Assembly: GCA_951406725.2 (NCBI GenBank)
Contig: OX597823.1
Span: 40,672,001-40,736,000, forward strand
Length of the DNA: 64,000 bases
Reading direction: 5' to 3'
Source of the DNA: Octopus vulgaris
Taxonomy: Eukaryota
Shown here: positions 26,097 to 39,540 of the stretch, in pieces
Layout: every line of letters begins with the position of its first letter
Position numbering within the stretch: position 1 is the first letter of the stretch
Translations under genes and position numbers: made by a program
Notes under the pieces: model-generated
The model's database searches: none
Told to the model about the DNA's origin: nothing
The model's input: only the letters and a program-made list of their open reading frames with translations

Positions 26097-26758
26097 CGTG
26101 TGTGTGTTTGTGCACATAAAGTTCTACATATCCAACTACAGTCAGCTAATTAACAGTTTAGGTGTACAAATCAAATAGTCATACAAATGAAAATAATACG
26201 TTGACAGAGTATTATGTCTACTAACCTATATTTTAATTGTGATGAGTTTGCTGCATATTGAATTGTTGATATATTTTAAAATTTGTAGTAAGCCATAGAA
26301 GGAGCGGTGCAATTTCGTAGTTCTAGTTCATGAATAGATGTATACGTAGGCATATACATGAAGGTAATTGCCCCTGGTCCTCATATATACATATATATAT
26401 ATCTATGTATATGCGTGTGTATATATATATATGTATATATATATATGTCTATATATATATGTATATATATATATGTCTATATATATGTATATATATATAT
26501 ATATGTATATATATATGTATATATAATTTACAAGATAAGGGCAGAAGAAAAATTCTAATGCCAAATATGCCGAAACAAAAAAATTGTCGATAACCATTAT
26601 AATTTATGCGTCTCGAAATAAACTGATAGAAATCTCTAAAAAATTCGTTATTACCGTATTGGTAATTATAAACACATACGTTATTACCGTATGCTGGTCA
26701 TTGATGAGAAAAAAAAAAATTTTTCCCGAAAAAAATTTTATCCTATATTAATTATATG

Positions 26759-26793
<35 letters not shown>

Positions 26794-29371
26794 GTATGTT
26801 ATGTATGTACAGACACACTAGAGCTTCCAAGTAGATTATCATAGACCAATTTGCTTCCAGTATAGTGATTACGTAACTAGAATACATAATAGTATTGCTA
26901 GGTATGAAATTCAGAGAAAATGTAGGAACTAATAATACGTATTTGTGTTTATTTTAATTCCTATGAAATGCACGCTCACAGAAATTTCTAAATGCTATTG
27001 TCATTGATATCAAAAGACTTAGAAGAACATAGTTACACAGCTATCACTAAGAACTAAAGGGCTTCAAATACTGACAAACAAAATCAAGTTGTCGACGGGA
27101 ATATTTCAAGTAACTATTTATCTGTATTATTGTTCATCCTGGCAGTGTATGGTATCTCAGGACTATCGGGAAAATTCCACGTATATATGTCTGGACCTGC
27201 AGAGGGGAGAGAAAGAAATTATATTTCACAAATGTTGTGTTAATATCCTTGAGTATAATTTTCGATAGCGATTAACTGTTTCATAGATGAAATATGTTTG
27301 GTTAGTATAACTGTTGGTGTCAGATATTCTTTCTGTAAAGGTCTTCTAGCCAGACGAGGAGTATGAGTAGCAGTGGTCTGTCTAATTACTCTGTTTGCAA
27401 TGAAGATTGAATCAAGTATTCGATTTGATTAGGGAAGCTTTAACTGATTAAAATTAAAGCGACAAAGGAATGTTTCGATAGACATGGAACGATGTGGAAA
27501 ACGAGGCTATTCGTATTCAATAAAGCTATATTCCAGAATGTTTTGAAGGAACATAAAGGAAACATAAAGAGATCTGTGACTTGAATATTAAGACTTGGGA
27601 GATATTATAGCACCACTAGTAACTTCTGCATTAGGAAAGTTCCATCTAATTCAAGCAATTTGGATGAGTGGAAAGTGAGTTGATGTGTGTACTCAATTGT
27701 GAAACTAATACCCTCAGTGTAAGTAAAGTATTCCTGAATAATTACTTTGTGTGGACAGCTTTCTTGTCCACATCCACACAGGAAGGTTGAACTGATCTAC
27801 TTGGACAGAAACCTGCAGGGAAAAAGTCTTTCATGAAATACGCAGGTATATATCCTACAAGATAAGCATTAAAAAACTGAGAGGAAGAGTAGCTTTTCTG
27901 GTTCAGTGATAGATAACTTATATCAAGCCTAGCAAGATAAAGATTCACTATTCAGAAACAGAAGGAAGTTCCTATCCAACTGAGAGTAGGATACCTTGGA
28001 TCAAGGACTGAATATCTTACCCACATCACAAAAAGTTGCCGAAAACTACTCGAAATGCATTATAAGTTTTGATGCCGGGAAACACTTTGCGTTTAGTCAA
28101 GAGCTGAAACGAAGGGCTTATTTATATCTTATTTTATCGTTTACTCTTTTTGTAAAGCTCTCTACTTATATTCGTTTTCTTTTGGCTATGTAAACTTGGG
28201 TCATAATCCTTAATCTCTTCCTTCCTCTTTAAAATCTTTGTTGATTCTCTATCACTTCAGTGATTCTGTTATGTCGCAATACTACAGAGTGGCTGTGTGA
28301 GCTACGAAATCCTCGTCGCCACTGTTATATCGCACGTTCGGATGACCTCTACTACTCAACTCGACTCTCTACTTCTCTCTATTTTAGTCTACTGCTCTGA
28401 CGTCTAGACTTCTCCCTCTATATCTACGTATTGGGCTAGTCTACTTCATCGTTTGGGGGCATCCACACAACAGATTCCTTATTTGAGATTCCTGAGTGAA
28501 CATATACACATAATCATATATGTATACAGAATGCATTTGAATGCGCTCACATAAATAATTACGCATAACTATGTGTGCAATTCTATTCACTCCCATACAC
28601 GCATGCACACACACAAACACACACAAACACACACACACACACACATGCACACACACACATGCACACACACACATGTACACACACACATGCACACACACAC
28701 ACAACAAGCGTACGCGTATGCACACATGAACCAACTCAAATACAAGCCCCAAGGACTTCTCGTGACTTAAACGGAAGAGCTTTGCTACTTTGTTAGTGAC
28801 CGTTTTGAATTCTATAAAAGAAAAACAAAATAAATTCTAGCCATACAAATACACCCACACACGCACACACACAATCACACATATACATACGCATACCCTT
28901 GAGTATGTGTAGATGTGTTAAGCAATTTATTTCAATTATTTTATTGTATATATTTTGTTTGCTATCTTGCTAAAGGTTCATATATACATGGGTGTGTGCG
29001 TACGTGCGTACGTGTGTGTACCTGAGGCAGAGAGTCGGCGAGGCGAGAGAGAGAAACGTAAGAGTGAAGATAGTAGAGAGAGATATAGACAGATAGAGTG
29101 AGAGAGAGAGAAAGAGAGAGAGTGTGTGTGTGTGTAAATGAGGAGAGAGATCTGTCATGTCGTTTCTCTCTGACGGTAGGTTTCTTACAAACTTGCTTCA
29201 TTATAGGACTCGCTAATTCAACATTGATAAGAGGTCATTAAGTCTGAAAGATTACCGTTCCACTTTACTTCGAAGCGAATGTAAATTTCAATAAAAATAT
29301 CACCAAATTTATTTTGTGTTATTCATCATGATTTATTTTTAATGTTTTACATTCTTAGTATTTTTATTGTT

Positions 29372-29453
<82 letters not shown>

Positions 29454-29590
29454 GCCGGTGTTGTGCTGTTTTTATTTATTTTGTTTAATGCAATTGAGTG
29501 GTTTCTGACATTAGCCAAGGAAAGGATGGGTGATATTTTAAACAGCTGCAATGCTACCAACAACAACAACAACTACTACTACTCCTACTC

Positions 29591-29632
<42 letters not shown>

Positions 29633-29676
29633 GAACTAATCATCACCATCATCATTATCATTATTATTATTATTAC

Positions 29677-30100
29677 GGTGGCGAGCTGGATGAAATGTTA
29701 GCGTGTCGTACAAAACGGTTGCACCATCAAATACCGCTCATGTCAACTTAGTGTTTCATTTTTTTCGGGGATCATAAAATAAAGTACTATTCTAGAACTG
29801 AGGCCAATGTAATCGACTAATATTCTTCCAATAAAATCACTTGCCTTATGCCAAAATTTGAAATGGTAATTATTATTATTTGAGGTGGCGAGATGGCAGA
29901 ATCATAAGAGAGAACGAAAAAAACAACTTGCGACATTTGTTTCTGCGCTCAAATCTTACTTGGGTCAAATTTGATTTTTCTGGTGTGTGTGTGTGTGTGG
30001 GGGGGGGGGGTGATTAAAACAAAGTACCTGTCAAGTACTTAGGTCAATATATTCAATCAATCCTCTCCTATAATTACTGACCTAGTTCCAAAATTTGAAA
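29677..30100 (+). mobile_element. Two decayed SINE family A copies in tandem
   Basis: Heads GGTGGCGAGCTGG (29678) and GGTGGCGAGATGGCAGAATC (29884); both end CCAAAATTTGAAA followed by microsatellite. Confidence 0.7.
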
Positions 30101-30129
30101 CCATTCTTCTTCTTCTTCTTCTTCTTCTT

Positions 30130-30219
<90 letters not shown>

Positions 30220-30221
30220 TA

Positions 30222-30800
30222 GGCGGCGAGCTGGCAGAAACGTTAGCAAGCCGGGCGAAATGCGTAACCGTATTCGTCTGCTGTTACGTTCTGAGTTCAA
30301 ATTCCGCCGAGGTCGACTTTGCCTTTCATCCTTCTGAGGTCGATTAATTAAGTATCAGTTACGTACTGGGGTCGATGTAATCGACTTAATACCTATGTAT
30401 GTCCTTGTTTGTCCCCTCTACGTTTAGCCCCTTGTGGGTTGTAAAGAAATAGGTATTTCATCTACGTTTACGTTGAGTTCAAATTCCGCCGAGATCGACT
30501 TTGCCTTTCATCCTTTCGGAGTCGATTAAATAAGTACCAGTTACACACTGGGGTCGATATAATCGACTTAATCCGTTTGTTTGTCCTTGTTTGTCCTCTC
30601 TGACTGTAGCCCCTTGTGGATAGTAAATAAATAGGTATTTCGTCTGCCGCTATGTACTGAGTTCAAATTCCGCCGAGGTCGACTTTGCTTTTCATCCTTT
30701 CGGGGCCAATGCATTAAGTACCAGTTGGAGACTGGAGTCAACGTAATCGAAACATCCCCTCCTCCAAAATGGCTGCCATTGTGACAAAATTTGAAATCGT
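30222..30800 (+). mobile_element. SINE family A trimeric array (one head plus three ~182-bp bodies)
   Basis: Single head GGCGGCGAGCTGGCAGAAACGTTAGC; GAGTTCAAATTCCGCCGAG recurs at ~30294, ~30475 and ~30659; junctions AAATA|GGTATTTC at 30451/2 and 30633/4. Confidence 0.92.
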
Positions 30801-31323
30801 TATTATTAGTAGTAATAGCAGTAGTAGACTGTATGCATTCCTAGTTTTGCTATTTATTGTAGGTTGTGCATAGTTGTTAGTGGTGCTGCAAGTGCTGTCA
30901 GCAGTATTACAATAATTTCAAAAGTCACAATCATTATATATATTGTTTTTGCTTTCGTCTTGAAATTCTGGTTATCTCTATTTCCAGATCTATATATTTC
31001 GAGAATTTCTGGATTTCTTTGAGAGACACATTATCATCTGTTAGAAAATGTAAATTCGCTAAGCGCTGTACGTTTCTCGCTAGTATTTAATAATAATAAT
31101 CGTCCAATTAGCCTTGATCTATTTGCCTGAGTGAACTGACATATCCCAGAGTATGGTCGTTTATCATTTTGGTATATCATTTTCTGCTTTTACTTTATAT
31201 CGCTTCTCTTCTTGTGGAATTCTATTATAGTGGTATAATTTTTTATGTATGAAAATCACAATTCTATTATGCCTGTATATTTTTCTCAGGAACAGAGTGG
31301 TTAATCATTTCCTTCAATTGCGC

Positions 31324-31667
31324 CAGGGGTTCCCAACCGCTTTCTATCTATGGACTTCTTTCATTACTATTTTATCCTGGTGAACCTCCATGGTCATACC
31401 AGGTTTAAAACTAGTCTTATAGAAACTTCTTTCAAAATTCCCATTTTATTTTTCACAGATTAACTTGCGTAGGTTGAACTTTGTAAAATGTTAGAGAAAG
31501 AAACTTATTTCTTGCAATACACACCAAGACATATATCTAAAGCAAAATGTTTTCAGATGCCCTTAAAATACTATTGAGGCACCTCAATTTACTATTTCGT
31601 AGCGTGGATCCCCAGAAATCTTACATGGACCATCAGAGATCATATGGATTCCAGTTGAGAATCACTG
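31324..31667. mobile_element. hAT (Charlie-like) MITE, decayed
   Basis: Imperfect TIRs CAGGGGTTCCCAAC and GTTGAGAATCACTG (11/14 match); repeated subterminal ATGGA motifs; 8-bp TSD only partly conserved (AATTGCGC vs AATTATGG). Confidence 0.6.
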
Positions 31668-32126
31668 AATTATGGATTTCATGTTCTCAGTGACTTCTGG
31701 CTTGAAGGGTTCGATTTAGTTCCTCAATCAAAAAAATATTCAGTTTCATCGTTTCATCTACTGCTCTGTAATGTGTTTCTGAATATCGGGGATTATAATA
31801 TCCAAGATAACCATTCTTTATTCAAATATCCAGGTGTGATTCGAAGACACTGTTTGTTGTCTGTTCGAGTTCTTCTTTAAATAGAAGAAATGGGGTGGTT
31901 TAGGGGAGTTGAAGTAATGAATATTCGATTTCAACATTTGAAAGACGGAGTGATTGCCATACAAGGGGAAAAGAAGGGCTGTGGAAAGTGCTCCCTGCGG
32001 TGGGTAGGCTAAGTAGTGTAGAAATGGCGTGGAGCGGACTAAAAGCAGGTGATATCTGAATAAATTCCATTTGAAGTGGTCGTAGTAAGTCTGAAGAGTC
32101 AGAGATTGCAGTAGCACTCACTTGTA

Positions 32127-32217
<91 letters not shown>

Positions 32218-33752
32218 TCACATATACACGCATACACACACACACATACACTCACATATACACGCATACACACACACATATATATAAATGCAGACATAGA
32301 AACACATACGTAGGTATGTGATGTATATAAGTATACGTGTGCATGTGTGCGTTTCTATGTATGTAATATGTATGTATAACGTTGTGTGTGTATGCATAAT
32401 CGTGTGCATTTGTATGTGCGTATGTTTTTTGAATGCGGTTTCATTGATCGAGACATTACCGCAAGAATGCTGAAAGAAATCGCATTTGTGTTCTTCTACA
32501 TTCCAATAATTTCCTCCCCTTCTTCCTCCTTTCTTCTCTCTCTTCTCTCTCCATTTTATGTCTTCCCTATCTTTCTCTCCTTTACCCGCCCCCCTCTCTC
32601 TCTCTTCGTATATATTTGTTTTTTGCAATAAAACCGTCGCCATTTCTCTCTCTCCTGACTCCAGATCTAAACATTCGGGTAGCTGGATAGACTGATGTGT
32701 AGGAAGGTAAAAGAGAGAATAACTCGAGTATGATCGGGGTGTAGGGTACATGGTGTGTTATATTGATTATTGATTGTTTTTGTAAATATTGACGAATTTT
32801 TTGTAATTAGAGCGAGCAAAAATCATCTGTGCTAAGCAATGAACTTCGTTTCCATGGAATTATCACTCTAATATACACCACCGTACATTCATATAAGCAC
32901 AGATGCACACACACATGACCATACACATACACTTGCATTCACCCCGAATGTTGAGAGTAAGCAGTTAAGTGTATACCAACGCAAATAGAAAAACATACAT
33001 ATATACGTACACCCAACCAGGCATGCACTCTCCCACTACACAAACCAATTCACCCAGTTTGTAAAGAGCATACATAAACAAAAACATCTATACTTAGACT
33101 CAGATACAAATACACACACAAAAAAAAAAACATACACACACTCACATACACTCACACACACACAAAGAAGAAGAGAGAGAGAGAGAAAGAAAGATATATA
33201 TCTGTAAGCTGTTACTGGGATGCAAGTTGCGACTTGATTCGTTAAATGGGTGAGAGTTTCTGATTTTGAAATATCCGAATCCTGCTACGATACTAAGAAT
33301 ATCACTGTTGAAACATCCCAAAGCATCTGTGTGAAGCATTTTCGAACGTTCACACACACATACATATTTTTTAATCGCTAAATCAATATCAATCGCTAAA
33401 TCATCCAATTATTTGGATGATGAAAACATAAATACTAATGGCGAAGTGAGTCCTGAAAGAGCTGAAAAATCGAGCGGTATTAGCTGATGAGGCAATGGAA
33501 ATTGCCGAAACTGACGTGTTAGTATTAAGAATTCTCGATCGGCACTTTTCAGACGATTATGGTCCCTGTTAGTGTATATGTTTTCCTTCATGTGCAGTAA
33601 TTATAGCATTAGAGCGGTTTAGTTCTTATTTCTAGCAACGTTGGTGCTTCCTAACACCCTGGTCACATTTAGTGACATTTGCAGTACGCCATTTTGGTGA
33701 AACATTGCCAACTGCTGTTTATATTTATTACACACACTCACACATACACACA

Positions 33753-33797
<45 letters not shown>

Positions 33798-33818
33798 GTG
33801 TATAAATATATATATGCA

Positions 33819-33879
<61 letters not shown>

Positions 33880-33912
33880 CTCTCTCTCTCTTTATATATA
33901 TATATATATATA

Positions 33913-34140
33913 TAGTTGGTATTTACAAAAGAGCAAAAAACAAAACAAGACAAAAGACGAAGACAGGTGTGGAAACAACAAACAGATGCATTAGTTTAAC
34001 GCTCAGGAAGTAAGAGTCTTTTACGTTTCGAGCCTACGCTCTTCAACAGAAAGGAACACAGAAATAAGCATAGAGAGAGAAAAAAAGGAGAAAATAAAAA
34101 AGGTTTAGTGGCTAATGATCAATCATGGCGAAGACCGGAC
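33913..34140 (-). mobile_element. Penelope-like pseudo-LTR fragment with a degenerate minimal hammerhead motif (34018-34053)
   Basis: Minus strand cttt-CTGTTGA-a-GAGC gtag GCTC-GAAAC GT A-aaag gives stem I, core with A6 changed to U, stem II, palindromic stem III and an NUH triplet. Inserted between (TA)n tracts. Confidence 0.6.
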
Positions 34141-34171
34141 ATATATATACATACACACATATATAGAGACT

Positions 34172-34216
<45 letters not shown>

Positions 34217-34773
34217 TGTGTGTGTACGTGTGCGTGTGTGTTAAAAGTGGTGTAAAGATATTGTATATTAAGAAAAACGGTCACCAGAATTTTAGAAAAA
34301 AAATTTATTCATTATAACAAGCGCTTTCGTTCGTTTGTAAATGTGCAAACAGATGGTTTTTGCGCTGTTTAGAAGTGAACATTGTTTTTGTTTATTTGTT
34401 TTTTAGGTAAGGTTCCAGGACAATGGAGATAGATAGAAGGTAGATAGGTAGGTACATAGATAGATAAATAGACAGACAGAAAGATCGGTAGTGAGAGGGA
34501 GGAGGGAGGGATTTCTTTTTTCTCTTCAATTTGGCTTGTGTTTACCATATATATATATATCGACAACAGATGCTGAGTGTATGTTTTGATTGTTCACCGG
34601 GTCACTACGATATAGCGCTTTGAAGACGCTTCCCTCAGGGCACTGGGCAGGGGTGACAACTTTCGTCCAATCCAATTGAGAAATGATGGATACATATATT
34701 TCGCCATTTTTGTGGCTCATCAATACCACGCACCTGAATCGAACAGAGTGCGAACCGAGTCACTAGTCTGTGA

Positions 34774-34861
<88 letters not shown>

Positions 34862-35045
34862 CTATCTATTTATCTATCTACCTGTCTGTCTGTCTGTCTG
34901 TGTAAATCTCTCTCTCTCTCTATCTCTTTCTCTCTGCCCTCCCTCTATCTATATTTATATTTATACATATATATGATTTTAATGTCGAGTTATAAAAAAA
35001 TAACTTGGTATTAATCTGAAGAATTACTTAACACTTCTTCGAGCG

Positions 35046-35116
<71 letters not shown>

Positions 35117-35499
35117 CTTTTAGAATAGGAGGAGGGATAGTGATGTGATTTTGAAGTTTCTGACGAAGTGTAGCAGGTCGAAATCTCGAAGTCACTGTCG
35201 CCAATCTTGTAAACATTTTATCCTCGTGTTTCTCCACTACTTGATACTAGTGTTGGCTTGACACTCGTATCTTAACGGCTGGGCATAAGATACCGATGGA
35301 ATAACTACCACACTAATAATATAAATAGTAGGGTCGATCTATTCGATTAAAACTCTTCAACGCGGTGCTCCAACATGGCCACATTTCAATGATTGAGAAC
35401 AATGAAAAAAAGAAAAACAAAAAGAATATCAAGTAACAATCTCTCGTGAGAACTACTCTCCATGTACCTAGATTCGAAACCACTTTTCTTGAACAATAG

Positions 35500-36300
35500 G
35501 CTGATGGAGTGGGAGAATGATCAGAATGTGAGAAAAACTGCCTTTCGATATTTCATCCGGCTCTTTAGTCTCTGACTTTAATCCGTGCGGAGCCCATTTA
35601 AATCTTTTATCCGTTCGTGACCAATAAAATAGATTACCATTCAAATTCTGAGATCGATTTAAACGACTAACACCTCTTTCACAAACTGCTGGTCTTGTGT
35701 CTAAATAATAAATATTAGTTTCACATTTTTGCACAAGGCAAGTAAATTTTGGAGAAGGGGCTAAATCGACTACGTCGACCCACTGCTCAATTGGTATTTA
35801 TTTTGTCGTTCTCCGAAAGGACGAAATGCAAAGTTACCCTCGGCAGAATTTGAACTCAGAACGTAAAGATGAAGGAAACTCCCGGCATTCTAAAAATTCT
35901 GCCAGGTCGCCGCCTTATGTCTGAATAAAAATATTTCACGAGAATAAGGTTGGTTAGCTTGCAGAACATTTTGAGTATCTTCTCTGACACTTTTGCTCTT
36001 TGAGATCAAATTGCATTGAGATCAATTTTGCCTTTCAGCAATCGATAAAATAAAATATCAGTCAAGTGCTTAAACCTATATAATCGAATAAACCTTCCTC
36101 ATAACCTTCTGGCATTGAATATAAATCATTTCTGTACAATAGAGCCGTGGATTAGTGGAATCGTTAGCGCGTCGGACAAAATGTTTCACAGTTTCTTTCT
36201 GTTGTTTGTCTTCAATCCTTCCGGCGTCGATAAAATAAAGTAGCAATCAGTTAGTGGAAATGCATATAATCGATTGCAGCCTCCCCACGAAATATTGGGT
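35500..36300. mobile_element. Cluster of SINE family A copies: two on - (35500-35915) and two decayed on + (35950-36300)
   Basis: CCGAAAGGACGAAATGCAAAGTTACCCTCGGCAGAATTTGAACTCAGAACG...CTGCCAGGTCGCCGCC on -; TTTTGCCTTTCA and GGCGTCGATAAAATAAAGTA on +. Confidence 0.7.
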
Positions 36301-36709
36301 CGTGTGTTCTTCCGGACCGGGCGGTGCGTTGCGTTGTTCACGTTGCTTCAGTCCATCGTATCCTGCAGGAGTGTTTTAATCTCGGTCTCTTATGCACCAT
36401 GGAAACCAGGTAACCAGTCTTAAGCGTTGTAGGATGCGACCAATCATGTCCACAGAATTTATGATGATATTGATGTAAACCTTTACACTTCATCGTTCTT
36501 TTAACACAGACGCATTCACAAAATTAACAAACATTTCCTATTTATATATTTAAGTAATTTGTTCCTTCGTTTTTATATTTTCAAGTTTACAAAAGAAATA
36601 AATGACTACAAAAAAGATTATAAAAAATAAAAGTTTCCACTAATAAGTAAATGTAGTTTTGCATCTTAAATTATCTCTTCGACAGACATTTTCGGTGTTA
36701 CAACATTTG

Positions 36710-36815
36710 TACTAAACTTGTTTCTTTTTGTCTTTTTTTTAGGTAAGTGAATATATTTCGGAATTCAATTTTCCTGATTCGACAAAGTTAGAAGTTTGTA
36801 TTTCATTTTGTAAGT
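36710..36815 (+). promoter_or_regulatory. Candidate recursive splice site (AG|GTAAGT) with cryptic 67-nt RS-exon
   Basis: TACTAAAC (36710-36717), pyrimidine tract TTGTTTCTTTTTGTCTTTTTTTT, AG (36741-2) immediately followed by GTAAGT (36743-8), and a second GTAAGT at 36810-36815. It lies in non-repetitive sequence. Confidence 0.55.
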
Positions 36816-37219
36816 GTCAACAACTGTTTCCTGATTAATTTTATTCCAAATTAAGACTAAAAAACAATTTTAAAGACTGTGAGTGTGTCTCTATGTATGC
36901 GTGTATATAGATATCATCATATGTATACGTGGCTAAGTATATAAGTATACACTCACATATATGCGTACACGTATCTATGTGTGTGAGTGTGTGTGTATGT
37001 ATGTGCATGCATGTATGTGTATATGTGTATATATGTATAAATATATATGGATGCATACATACACATATATGTGTGTGTATGTAAACTTATGTATAAGCAT
37101 GAATATGCGCAGACGCACATACTTGTGTTTCTATGAATGTGTATGTACATGTGTGTATATATAAATATATATACATAAATATACATATTTTCTACCCTCT
37201 TCCAAATAAGTTTTATTTG

Positions 37220-37253
<34 letters not shown>

Positions 37254-37264
37254 ATATATATATA

Positions 37265-37326
<62 letters not shown>

Positions 37327-37610
37327 TGTGTGTGCATCTGTATGTAGGAAAAATAGAAGTTGAAAATGCACTGAGAATAGTGAATATTTTTCCTATATTT
37401 TTACCCGTCTGGAATAAAATAACTTTGTTTTCTACACACACACGCACACATACACATACCCACACACGCGCATATATATATATGTATGTATATATGTATG
37501 TATATGTATATATATATATATAAATGTGTAAATGTGTGTATATGCATATGTATCTATGTGTACATATGTTTGTGTATATATACATATACATATGTATATA
37601 TGCATATGCA

Positions 37611-37685
<75 letters not shown>

Positions 37686-38292
37686 CACACACATAGACAT
37701 ACGTAAGCCAAACATTTTTCAAATATATCATTTTTCCTATTTTCACTTGTCTGCTGTTATTTTAAGAATGATGAAAAAGTAAATTGTAATACCTTTTATT
37801 ATTATTATTATTTCAACATCGAGGACCAGAAAGCAATGTGCAGCCTCCTTGTTGTCAATAGATTCGTAAAACTGCGAAACATTTGAATAGTTTTGCCTGT
37901 TTAAGAATGATTCAAAAAACTGTCATTTGAATTTTTTTTGACAATGAAAGGAAGATGATTAAGGAAAAAATGTCACCTGTTTTTGACAAGCATTTTACCA
38001 TTGATGAATATGTCGAAGTATTTTGTGATATATTCATTTATTTCATAGCATTTGATGATTGCAAAATTGGAAATTGGATTGCTCTGATATTCTTGTGCTA
38101 TGAATGCCAAATGAGTCGTGTCAGTGAAAGTCGTTGAGAGCTGGAATTAGATTTGATTGATATGAGGTTGTGTGAATATGGTTGTAGTTGTTACAAGAGG
38201 CAAAGTAATTCTGGCGAATAAGGAATTGTTTGAATAACTACAAAGTCGTAAGTTCGAATACCAGTTAATAAAGTTTTTAATATTTTCATTAT

Positions 38293-38505
38293 GGTTGCGA
38301 CCTGGCAGCATCGTTAAGCATGCCGGGCAAAATTCTTAGCTGTATTTCATCCGTCTCCACGTTTTGAGTTCAAATCTCACCGAGGTCAATTTTACCAGAC
38401 ATCGTTTCGCGGCCGATAAAATAATTACCACTTGAAAACTAGGGTCTATATAATAGACTTATCCCTGCACTGAAATTGCTGTCCTTGTGCCAAAACGTAG
38501 TATCA
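38293..38505 (+). mobile_element. SINE family A copy
   Basis: GCGACCTGGCAGCATCGTTAAGCATGCCGGGCAAAAT...GAGTTCAAATCTCACCGAGGTC...GCTGTCCTTGTGCCAAAA. Confidence 0.8.
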
Positions 38506-39201
38506 ATATTTGGGGGTTTCTTCTTATGTTGAGAAGGGAAAATAATATCTTGATATCAATGAAGTTTAGAATTGAGAGGAAGATGAGGGTATGTGACATA
38601 GATAGGAAAAGAAAGCCACTGAATACAACTTCAAATTAATTAATATTTTTTTCCTCAACAATTGTACGCAAAAATTAAAACGATCCCATGAAATGGAATG
38701 ATAAGCATGTGCAGGACTTTTACAAACATGCATGAGGCACTGCCAAGAACTCCACTACACTCACACTGCTTAACACACGCACACACACACACGCACACGT
38801 ATGTTTTATGCATATTTATTTATATGCTGTCTGCAAATATGTGTGCAAAAAAAATTAGAAGAAACCACATCATCATATCAGATCCTACCTTAAATAAGAA
38901 AATGAAACCTTAACTTTGTCTTAAATGTGCCTCTTAAAAGTTGAAGTGTTTAGCGATGGGATGTCTTCGATTATAACCCTGCTCCGGTTTGACTTGCGAC
39001 AGCTGAAACAATGTTTCATAAGTACTGTTCTATGCTACTTTTAAATATAGAGAGACCTCAATCATTGGACAAGACTGACCATACATCTCGTTTTATTCTG
39101 TGGTCATACTGGGGTTGGCTACCCTGCTTGTCAAACAGGGTGGGAAACAAACAATCAAACACATGTACATACAAACATATATACATAGACACACACACAC
39201 G

Positions 39202-39268
<67 letters not shown>

Positions 39269-39540
39269 CCCCTTCGGTTATGAAAGATGGGATTGCGTCT
39301 AGAAAGCACAAGTCTGGGCAAAGTTGTTTATGGAAGAACAGCTGTCGCCCATGCATACAATACTCCCCCCTCCACGCCACCGATGTTATCCAAGGGAAAA
39401 AACAAAGGCCAATACAGCTTAGCATCAGTGACGTTACAACTCATTCTACACCTTAGTGAACTGAAGCAACGTAAAATGAAATGTCTTGCTCAAGTACAAA
39501 ACGCGCAGCCCAGCCTAGGAATCGAACTCACTACTTCATA
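39269..39540 (-). mobile_element. SINE family C 3' portion (tail variant 1) joined to other repeat sequence
   Basis: Reverse complement of ~63760-63950 (GGGCAAAGTTGTTTATGGAAGAACAGCTGTCGCCCATGCATAC...CTCCACGCCACC.ATGTTATCCAAGGGAAA). Confidence 0.75.

Noticed and set aside
30222-30800. Regularly spaced repeats resembling a CRISPR array
   Set aside because: The units are ~182-bp SINE bodies without unique spacers, in a eukaryotic context with no cas genes.
34615-34672. Second hammerhead-like string TTGAAGA...GACAACTTTCGTC
   Set aside because: The core is broken at several positions and stem I cannot form; at best an unrecognisable relic.
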